Source: a virus
Taxonomy: Duplodnaviria > Caudoviricetes
Reading direction: 5' to 3' (one strand)
DNA length: 51,579 bases
Virus record (IMG/VR): IMGVR_UViG_3300032047_000023
Span: 1-51,579 of that record
A model generated the notes under the pieces. That model saw nothing but the letters and a program-made list of their open reading frames with translations, made no database searches and was not told the DNA's origin. Every line of letters begins with the position of its first letter. Within the stretch, counting starts at the first letter, position 1. This document shows, piece after piece, positions 44,271 through 51,579 of the stretch. The translations under genes and the position numbers were made by a program.

Positions 44271-46355
44271 TTATTGGTTTGAGTTAACTAATGATTTTAT
44301 TCGTGCCTCTATTTCATCCTCACTCATATGGATAGTTGCGTTTTTATATCTTTTCTTGAACTCTTCCATAGCCCACTTAACTCTATTTCTCTTAGGTGTT
44401 CTAGGAGGTATAGAATCTACTACATCAAATACTTTATCACTTACTACAGTAGCGTTTGCTTCTGCTAAATCCATAGGCTCTTCTACAGTACCTTCACCTT
44501 TAAATGATCTATCTACAAACGTATCTAAATCTATTACTTTCTCTCCAGGTTTACTGCCCTCTACTTGTTCTTCAGTAGTTCCTTTGCCCATTCTAGATAA
44601 GCCTTCTGCTTGCTTATCAAAGATCTTCTCTACTGCACCTGATTCTTTAAGGTTATCCTCTTCTTCAAACTTCTTCATTTCAGCTAATTCTTTTTCCATT
44701 GCCTCCAACCTTAGTGTCTCTCGGTCTTCGTCAGTTACAATAGGTGTTGTACCCATACCTGCAGGTATGTTATTAGGGTAGTTTTCTTCTTCTGAGTAAG
44801 GGTCTACTTCAAATACTTTGTTACCCATTTTAACAAACCCTGAGAATCCTTTTAACCTAGCTTCTTGTATGTCCTCAGGAGAGTTGAATACAGTAGGATT
44901 GCTCTTACTATTCTCTAAAAGATCAGTTTGAGTATCACCACCAGTTCCACCACCAGTTCCACCACCAGTTCCACCACCAGTTCCACCACCGCTAGTAACT
45001 TCAGCCTCTACAGGTTCTCCATAAAATGACTGAACAAGAGGGTTTTTATCTAAGTTAAACTCAGATTGTATAGATATACCGTAGTTTAAATCAGCTAGTA
45101 TTTGATAGCCTCTAGCATCATCTTTATCTTTTTTAATAAATGCTAATGCTCTTTCTACTTTATCTTTTTTATCTTCATCTGTTATCTCACCAACAGCTAT
45201 ACGAGCTTCGTTAGCTATAGCAGTCTTCCAGATGCCTTCACCTTTAGTAACTTCATTAGCGTCTGGAGGTGTACCTGTTTGTTGGAATAACTCTTCAGTA
45301 GGTCTGTACCCTTTAAGAACCATTAGACCTTTAGCCATAGCTTCTGGATTCTCTAATCCATCACCCTTCATCATATCCTTTACAATTTCTAAAGCTTCTT
45401 CCTCGTTCTTACCTTCTACTTGACCTAAGTAACTAAAGTACTGAGGTAATTCATTTAACTGTACTTCATTACCTTTTTTAGCTTGTGCATCTACAAAAGC
45501 TTGTAACGATGCCTGTGCTGAAGGACTAGATATAGCAGCTTTAAAGAATGGAGATTCTTGTTCTTGTTTAGTTAACTTAGTGTTGTAATTAGCAGTAAAC
45601 TTCTTAGACACAGCTACAGTAGCGTTAGTGCCAATAGGTACAGCCTTGCCTGAGTCTCCTGATAAAGCACCAAGTAAAGATGAAGGTATCATGTCTATAA
45701 CTGCTTGTGTATACGCTAAGTCTGCCGCACGTTCTTTAATATCAAATCCTTTTTGTGCTAAGTCTTCAGCAACACCTGCTGCTCTCATCTGCTCTTCAAA
45801 CTGGTCTTCACGCAAGTTAAAGTTCTTTTCAGCCATCTCTTGACCAAACTTAGTTATTTCTATTTGACGAAGTGATTCAGCTATTGCTCTAGCTTCTGCT
45901 CTATTGTCGCGTATATCTTGTGCTCTATCTCTTAGTTTACCATACTTAAACTTTTCAATAGTAAGTTTGTAGAGCTTATCTGTTTGTTCTTGAGCTTGTT
46001 GATTAGTAAGTTTAGTAAAGTCAAACTTTTCAACAGCCATACCCCACTCTTTGTTCTTCCATTTTTCATCAAGCTCTATCTTTTTTTCTAAGTTTTCTTG
46101 AGCTAGTGCTTCTCTTGCTAACCTATCTTCACGACCTTCTTCATACGTTTTTACTTGTATATCGTAATTTGATTGCCAGTTTTTTTGCTGTTGATCACGA
46201 AAAGCTTTTGTATTAGCATCAGTTAACAAATCTCTACTCTTAGTATACTCAAATGTAGCCTGACGTTCTGCTCTACGTGCTTCTAATTCTTCTTGCTCTG
46301 CCTTCGCTTCTTTAGCGTCCTTAAATCCTTTTGCTACACCTGCCCAAAAACTCAT
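44271..46355 (-). CDS. Internal virion/ejection protein
   Basis: MSFWAGVAKGF amphipathic N-terminus; coiled coil; GGTG linker. Confidence 0.65.
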   Translation of the reverse strand: MSFWAGVAKGFKDAKEAKAEQEELEARRAERQATFEYTKSRDLLTDANTKAFRDQQQKNWQSNYDIQVKTYEEGREDRLAREALAQENLEKKIELDEKWKNKEWGMAVEKFDFTKLTNQQAQEQTDKLYKLTIEKFKYGKLRDRAQDIRDNRAEARAIAESLRQIEITKFGQEMAEKNFNLREDQFEEQMRAAGVAEDLAQKGFDIKERAADLAYTQAVIDMIPSSLLGALSGDSGKAVPIGTNATVAVSKKFTANYNTKLTKQEQESPFFKAAISSPSAQASLQAFVDAQAKKGNEVQLNELPQYFSYLGQVEGKNEEEALEIVKDMMKGDGLENPEAMAKGLMVLKGYRPTEELFQQTGTPPDANEVTKGEGIWKTAIANEARIAVGEITDEDKKDKVERALAFIKKDKDDARGYQILADLNYGISIQSEFNLDKNPLVQSFYGEPVEAEVTSGGGTGGGTGGGTGGGTGGDTQTDLLENSKSNPTVFNSPEDIQEARLKGFSGFVKMGNKVFEVDPYSEEENYPNNIPAGMGTTPIVTDEDRETLRLEAMEKELAEMKKFEEEDNLKESGAVEKIFDKQAEGLSRMGKGTTEEQVEGSKPGEKVIDLDTFVDRSFKGEGTVEEPMDLAEANATVVSDKVFDVVDSIPPRTPKRNRVKWAMEEFKKRYKNATIHMSEDEIEARIKSLVNSNQ
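44938..44990. repeat. 12-bp tandem repeat CCACCAGTTCCA x4.4 encoding (GGGT)n
   Basis: Exact tandem copies at 44938, 44950, 44962 and 44974. Confidence 0.95.
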
Positions 46356-46858
46356 AACTCTTCTCCTCGTCTAGCCATTAAGCCTCTAGGTTCTTCCTTA
46401 GGCATATCCATAGGTAACTCTTCTTGCATAGGCTCCTCAGAGTCCATGTCTTCTTCGACTTTCATATCCAACTCAGCAAGAATGTCTTGAGCTTTTTTCT
46501 CATTAATTTGATATTCTATTTCTTCATCTTGTTTACTGTTGTCAGGTATACCTTCTTCAAAGTCAATTCCTAACTTTTCAGCAGTAGATGTTATATATTC
46601 GTGTATAACAGGTGCTATTATTAGAGAAATGTCGATACTGTGTATCCCACCCATTACAGCACCCCTTAGTAAACCTTCAGTAATTGTAACAACATCAAGG
46701 CCTAGCTCTAGTGTGTCTGCTAATGCTTTAAACTTTTCCTCATCTTGAAGACGGTTTAAATGCCACATAATAGAGTCTTCTGCAGTAGTTAACTCAGGAG
46801 GATTTTCATACGGTGCATTCTTCGGCTCTGCAGTCAGGGACTGTCCAGGTATAATCAT
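46352..46858 (-). CDS. Conserved virion-associated protein
   Basis: IPGQSLTAEPKNAPYENPP N-terminus; GLMARR C-terminus. Confidence 0.65.
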   Translation of the reverse strand: MIIPGQSLTAEPKNAPYENPPELTTAEDSIMWHLNRLQDEEKFKALADTLELGLDVVTITEGLLRGAVMGGIHSIDISLIIAPVIHEYITSTAEKLGIDFEEGIPDNSKQDEEIEYQINEKKAQDILAELDMKVEEDMDSEEPMQEELPMDMPKEEPRGLMARRGEEL

Positions 46859-46870
46859 TTACATATTCCT

Positions 46871-47530
46871 CTATTTGAATTTGTTGTAGTAGTCAGACAG
46901 TCTAGTACCAAACTTATCAGCAGGGTTATACTTACCTTTAGTTTTAAAGAATTTCTTCATACCTGTCTTACCACCTAAGTGAGCAACTGCTCTTAAACCA
47001 TCTCGTGACATTGTACCAGATTTATCTAAACTGTCAATAGTTTTATCTATATCTTTCATATGCCATTCAAATACTTTTTCTTGTAACTTAGGCTTACGTT
47101 TAAATGTCTCTGTTGAGAACTCCATGCCCTCTGCTTTCATAAAGTCTTTTAACCTAGCATCTGAAAACTGATAAGAACCAGTCATCTTACGACCATCGTC
47201 TAATTCAATCTGTGTGTCTGACTTACCACTGCTTTCAGATTCTTTTAGTTTCATAGCAAAGCCCTTCATGCCAAGACCTTCTGGTCTAGCTTTAGGTTTT
47301 TGCATAGACCTCATCAAAGAAAGACCCATACCCTCCTCAGATATTGGACTTCGTTCTATACTCTCAGGCCGTAGACGTGGACGCATAAGACCTGATTCAC
47401 TTGTTTCCTGTTCTACCCCTTCTTCTGGAGCTTCTCTTCCTATATCTGTTTGTAGTTTTTCTATAAGAGCCTTACGAGCCATCTCTAAGTTCTTTAGGTA
47501 CATACCTTTATTCATTGGAACCATTATCAC
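46871..47530 (-). CDS. Virion-associated lysozyme/lytic transglycosylase-like protein
   Basis: ESSG catalytic motif, GSYQF, LQE, AHLGG. Confidence 0.7.
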   Translation of the reverse strand: MIMVPMNKGMYLKNLEMARKALIEKLQTDIGREAPEEGVEQETSESGLMRPRLRPESIERSPISEEGMGLSLMRSMQKPKARPEGLGMKGFAMKLKESESSGKSDTQIELDDGRKMTGSYQFSDARLKDFMKAEGMEFSTETFKRKPKLQEKVFEWHMKDIDKTIDSLDKSGTMSRDGLRAVAHLGGKTGMKKFFKTKGKYNPADKFGTRLSDYYNKFK

Positions 47531-49524
47531 ATTCCTCCTAACATTTGACCAAAGAGATATCCAATACCTTCTTTATCTTTTTGTTTATTAGCTTGATTAG
47601 TTTCCCACATAGATAACGTCTTAGACTCATTAGCTAAGAAAACACTAAGTGCTCTGTCAGTAGCACTTTCAGATTGTTTGAATGCGTAGTCCATTATATC
47701 ACGCTCACGTTGCCATACTGTGTCTAGCATTTGTTGTGTAAACATGTTAGCTGCTTTAGCTGACTCTAGGTTGGCTAAGTTTTGTGCTTGTGAATTAACT
47801 GTAGTAGCGTTCTGCCTCCACTGAGCATTAGCTTGAGCAATTACTAAAGCATTCTGTGCATTAAACTGATCTCTCTGTACATCCATACCTGCATTAAACT
47901 GTTGTACTTGTGTAGCCATGTTAGCAAAAAACTGATTAGTTTGGTTTTCACTACTTGCATTAAACTGCTTGGCTGCATTAATAGCTGATTGATCACTAAA
48001 GATAGCTTGTATATTAGATTGTGCTTTAAACAAGTCTGTTTGTTGTTGAAGGTCCATATTTTTCATGTCCATTTGCATGAAAGACTGAGCATTCATAACT
48101 GCTGCTTGCTGACGATTGTTTAAGTTTTGCATGTCCATTTGTGACATAGCAGCTGCATCAGCCATCATCTTAGCATTTTTAGCATTAAGATTAGTAAGAT
48201 CAACTGTCTGCGCCATACGAGCGTTTTCAAGAGCTATTTGCTGTTCAGCAGTAAAGTTCATGTTAGCTATATCAGCTACTCTTGACGCATTAGCTACTCT
48301 TGACTGAAACTCTTGTGAAAACTCTATGTTTAAAAACTGAGCACGTTGCTGTGCCGCAAACATTGTAGTCTGCTGTCTATTAGACAAGTTCATAGACTCA
48401 AACTTAGCAAATGTTTGAGCGTCTGCCATAGCAATAGGTATTGCTGACTCCATAGTCGCTTGTATTAAAGCTTGACCTGCCATACTAGAGGCTCCCAAAC
48501 CACGAGCTGCCATCTGTGCAGTAGCGTTACGTAGTGCACCAGCTGCCCAAGCTGGGGGAGAGTCTGCATCAAAGTCTGCCATTAGGCTACTCATTTGACC
48601 TTTTACAGTAGCCTGTAGTGAAGGGTCAGCTTGAGCTGCTTGTATGTCAAGAGCTTCATCAACTGCTGCCATATCTACTGCAGAACCTGAGATCATTTCT
48701 CCTGATTCTATTGTACGTTTAGCGGCAGGAGATACTGTCTGAGCACTAGTTATTTGCTGTGCTTCCAGTTCTCTAGCAGATAGAGTAGTAGGGTCTTTAG
48801 TTTGTGCTTCGACTATAGCAGAGGGATCAACAACTCCTTGTACAGCCTCTAAACTATCAGTTACACCTGTTACACCGCTGACAGCCTTAGTAGGGTCTAC
48901 AGAGGCTGCTTTAAAGGCATCTGGGTCTGTTATCTGAGGAGCATCAGGGTCTAGGATACCTGTACCTTCTGCAATCGTAGTTCCTTCAGCACTTGGGTCT
49001 ATTTGAGAAACTGCTGCAGTAGTAGCCATAGTTCCAGGTGATGTGACAGAGGCTTCCATCATATTACCTGATGCATTCTTAATCTTATCTGATTGTGTCT
49101 TAGCTTTTTCTTGCTGAGTAGGAGGAGTAGTAGGGTCTTCTTTAGTTCCAGGATCATTTTCATCTACAGGAGTTGGAAGTACAGGTGTTTCATCTATCAT
49201 AGGTACATCTTGACCCATACCTCCCATTGGCATAGGAGTACTTGGTTGTACTGCTGAAGGACTAGGAGCAGTACCTCCTCCCCCACTATCTGTAGAAGCC
49301 ATCTGGTTAGCTCTTGCCTGTAAGGTAGCAGGGTCTCCACCCATAACGACAGCACCTGTATTAGTGTTAGTTAAAGGAGCACCTGTCCTAGTGTTAGTGA
49401 TAGGCTGAGCAGTAGTAGGCCTATTAGCTGCTTGCTTCTTACCCTCTTCAGTACCTCCACCAAATGTAATCAAACCAGAACCAACTGGATTAAGTATTCT
49501 TTTCATTGAAAACGGGTTATACAT
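47527..49524 (-). CDS. Q/N/A-rich DNA pilot/ejection protein
   Basis: Long QFNA-type helical repeats; RGLGASSMAGQA motif; low-complexity N-terminus. Confidence 0.7.
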   Translation of the reverse strand: MYNPFSMKRILNPVGSGLITFGGGTEEGKKQAANRPTTAQPITNTRTGAPLTNTNTGAVVMGGDPATLQARANQMASTDSGGGGTAPSPSAVQPSTPMPMGGMGQDVPMIDETPVLPTPVDENDPGTKEDPTTPPTQQEKAKTQSDKIKNASGNMMEASVTSPGTMATTAAVSQIDPSAEGTTIAEGTGILDPDAPQITDPDAFKAASVDPTKAVSGVTGVTDSLEAVQGVVDPSAIVEAQTKDPTTLSARELEAQQITSAQTVSPAAKRTIESGEMISGSAVDMAAVDEALDIQAAQADPSLQATVKGQMSSLMADFDADSPPAWAAGALRNATAQMAARGLGASSMAGQALIQATMESAIPIAMADAQTFAKFESMNLSNRQQTTMFAAQQRAQFLNIEFSQEFQSRVANASRVADIANMNFTAEQQIALENARMAQTVDLTNLNAKNAKMMADAAAMSQMDMQNLNNRQQAAVMNAQSFMQMDMKNMDLQQQTDLFKAQSNIQAIFSDQSAINAAKQFNASSENQTNQFFANMATQVQQFNAGMDVQRDQFNAQNALVIAQANAQWRQNATTVNSQAQNLANLESAKAANMFTQQMLDTVWQRERDIMDYAFKQSESATDRALSVFLANESKTLSMWETNQANKQKDKEGIGYLFGQMLGGM

Positions 49525-49526
49525 TC

Positions 49527-49943
49527 TTAGAACATCCTCTTGTGTAACTTGTTCCTATTATAGAATCTTCGGAAGTGGACTTGATTAGCGGTTCCGTATA
49601 GTTCTGTAGTCGTGTTCCTTATGGCTCTCATCATCTTACGTGTGTGACCAAAAGGAGCTATAAATTCTATACCCCATAACTTATCTGAAGTATTCTGTTT
49701 GTAATCTTTTGCAGTAGGTTGATACTTATCGTTTAAGAAAAGATTAGACTTAGTAGTTGATAACCAACACCAAGTTATTAATCCTACAGGTCTAGTATCT
49801 TCATAATAGATTCTAATCTTATTATGCTCTATAGGAAGAAGAAGAAAGGTATTAACTTGACTTGGAGTATAGTAAGAGTGTATATCTCCTAACTCCAATA
49901 AGCTAATACCGTCTACTACTGCTTTGTACTTGTCTATAACCAT
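49527..49943 (-). CDS. HlyC/CyaC-like toxin-activating lysine acyltransferase
   Basis: GDIH, LLPIEHNKI, PVGLITWCWLS and LWGIEFIAPFGH match the HlyC family layout (SxxH...W..DWIAPFG). Confidence 0.8.
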   Translation of the reverse strand: MVIDKYKAVVDGISLLELGDIHSYYTPSQVNTFLLLPIEHNKIRIYYEDTRPVGLITWCWLSTTKSNLFLNDKYQPTAKDYKQNTSDKLWGIEFIAPFGHTRKMMRAIRNTTTELYGTANQVHFRRFYNRNKLHKRMF

Positions 49944-49981
49944 ATAGTATACCTATATACATCCGGGGCAACCTTAAGTTA

Positions 49982-50010
49982 ATTATACACATGTTTTACA
50001 CATCTGTCAA
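49982..50010 (-). promoter_or_regulatory. Consensus sigma70 promoter for the acyltransferase-ejection operon
   Basis: TTGACA-17nt-TATAAT on - strand. Confidence 0.85.
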
Positions 50011-50029
50011 GTACTTTTTTTATATTATG

Positions 50030-50275
50030 TTATTCAGCCGTATAACCATTACCAGCAGTAATAGCTGCATTAGCCGCAGTCATACTTTCATCTTTCCAGT
50101 AATCTTTAGCAACCATTAGTTCTAGGTGCTGAGTATTACGATCCACACAGTCTTGTCGATCTTCTGCATCATCATCTGCCATAGCATTACCTGCTATTAC
50201 GTCATTGATAAGTGCAACTGAGTCACCCATTGCTGAGTAGTTCTGTGCAATTTGTTCTGCTGTTAATTCATCCAT
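50030..50275 (-). CDS. Small acidic tail-fibre-associated protein
   Basis: AAGGAG RBS; directly after the fibre; VDRNTQHLELM motif. Confidence 0.65.
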   Translation of the reverse strand: MDELTAEQIAQNYSAMGDSVALINDVIAGNAMADDDAEDRQDCVDRNTQHLELMVAKDYWKDESMTAANAAITAGNGYTAE

Positions 50276-50278
50276 TGT

Positions 50279-51579
50279 TTATGCTCCTTCTAGGTTTGCA
50301 ACTTTAGCTTCAAGGGTTTCTATTCTAGCCATAGCTTCTTGTAGTGCTTTAAAGGCTTTTATCATTAATACTGTTGTTTTTACTGACTTGAAGCCATCTT
50401 GACCGTCTTTAACAACACCGTTTAAACCAGCAGTCTCAAGTTCTTGTGCAATCCAACCTATCTGTTCTGGAGCATCATCTGCAAATTCTTCAACATCAGC
50501 GTTAAACTTATATTTTTTTACAACAGCGGCCTTAACGTCATCCCATTGTGAGTTAGCCGTTGTAATTTGCTGTTTTAATCTTTGATCAGATATAGTTCCA
50601 TATGACCCAGAACGTGTGGCAATATCACCGTCTGCTTCCATATACAAGGTAGTCGTATTAGAGGAAGGGTAGTCAGAAGTTACAACTAAAACATTATTAT
50701 TTTGTGCCGACACTGAGTTATCAAATATTGCTGTGCCACCAGAATCAATCCGCATCCTAGGATTACCATCCCCATCAGACAGCACGATGTTGTTGCTTGA
50801 GGTGCGGAGGTCTAGGCCGCCAGTGTTGCCGTTGTAGCGTCCAATGATTGTGTTGTCGTGACCTGTGGTTATTAAATCACCTGCGTTTGTACCTATAAAG
50901 GTGTTGTTGAAGCCTGTGGTGCATGAGTATCCTGCGGATTGACCAAAAAAGGCATTAAAAACATTGCCTGTATCATTAGATAAATAACCAGCTTGTCGTC
51001 CAACAAATGTGTTATAGTTTCCAGTAGCGTTAGTATACCCTGCCTGATACCCAACTGCGGTGTTGGCGATTGCGGTGGTGTTATTAGAAAGTGCTTGTGA
51101 ACCAACAGCAACATTATAACTGCCTGCAGTATTGTCGTACATACTCTGATTGCCCATACTAACATTAAACGTACCTGTAGTATTAGAGTATAATGCACGA
51201 TAACCGTGAGCATCATTATCGCTTGCTGTAGTGTTTGCATACAAGGCTTGATAACCAATGGCAGTATTTACTTCGCCTGTCGTATTACTAAACCCAGCCC
51301 GATAACCAACAGCCGTGTTGCTGCTTGCGGTGGTGTTACTTTGTAGTGCTTGGCGACCTACTGCTACATTATAAAATCCAGAAGAACAACTGTACAAAGC
51401 GGATGCACCAACAGCCACGTTATCTCCTCCAGTAGTGTTATAATACAACGCATCAAGACCTATACCTACGCTTGCCGAACCAGTTGTAGTTCCGTACATA
51501 GAATTTTTACCCAGAGCAGTGTTGTAGCTTGCAGTAGTACCTGAATATAAAGAAAATGCACCTAAAGTAGTGTTGCTTG
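50279..51579 (-). CDS. Tail fibre C-terminal part (5' partial): NTAVG beta-repeats and S74-type intramolecular chaperone
   Basis: Frame open to the window edge; ~14-aa N[TV]A[VI]GYQA repeats; SDQRLK autocleavage motif; terminal coiled coil. Confidence 0.88.
   Translation of the reverse strand, partial: SNTTLGAFSLYSGTTASYNTALGKNSMYGTTTGSASVGIGLDALYYNTTGGDNVAVGASALYSCSSGFYNVAVGRQALQSNTTASSNTAVGYRAGFSNTTGEVNTAIGYQALYANTTASDNDAHGYRALYSNTTGTFNVSMGNQSMYDNTAGSYNVAVGSQALSNNTTAIANTAVGYQAGYTNATGNYNTFVGRQAGYLSNDTGNVFNAFFGQSAGYSCTTGFNNTFIGTNAGDLITTGHDNTIIGRYNGNTGGLDLRTSSNNIVLSDGDGNPRMRIDSGGTAIFDNSVSAQNNNVLVVTSDYPSSNTTTLYMEADGDIATRSGSYGTISDQRLKQQITTANSQWDDVKAAVVKKYKFNADVEEFADDAPEQIGWIAQELETAGLNGVVKDGQDGFKSVKTTVLMIKAFKALQEAMARIETLEAKVANLEGA

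Noticed and set aside
40970-48307. Many + strand ORFs opposite the ejection genes
   Set aside because: Antisense shadows of long - strand genes, beyond the converging terminator

Overview
Near-complete (~51.6 kb), AT-rich genome of a lytic marine podovirus, most likely infecting an alphaproteobacterium of the Roseobacter type. The host inference rests on a DUF1127 gene, a GTA-type 3-TM holin, a class II NrdJ and GAAC-N7-GAAC boxes. The genome has two arms. The + arm (19350-40529) carries early genes, tRNA-Trp, ThyX, T7-like primase-helicase, PolA, SSB, Cas4-like exonuclease, endonuclease I, MazG, NrdJ and PhoH. The - arm (17671 to 1, continuing 51579 to 40579) carries lysis, TerS/TerL, portal, scaffold, capsid, tail, tail fibre and ejection genes. 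The arms diverge from a 1.7-kb non-coding control region (17672-19349, probably where the physical ends lie) and converge on a terminator at ~40540-40576. I found no RNA polymerase or integrase; near-consensus sigma70 promoters precede both arms. From memory, not a search, the layout resembles a SIO1/cobavirus-like replication module joined to an HMO-2011-type head-tail module. The window opens and closes inside tail-fibre coding sequence. Strongest leads: (1) a coupled five-gene ExbB/ExbD(MotAB)-like ion-motor operon bracketed by an exported and a cytoplasmic ClpP-fold protein; (2) an RTX-toxin-activating (HlyC-like) acyltransferase heading the DNA-ejection operon; (3) a shared [YF]xxGG tag on unrelated late proteins; (4) arrays of LexA-like and IHF-like sites in the control region; (5) paired substitutions at the PolA steric gate; (6) several unexplained structured RNAs. 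All family calls come from motif recognition by eye, not database searches.
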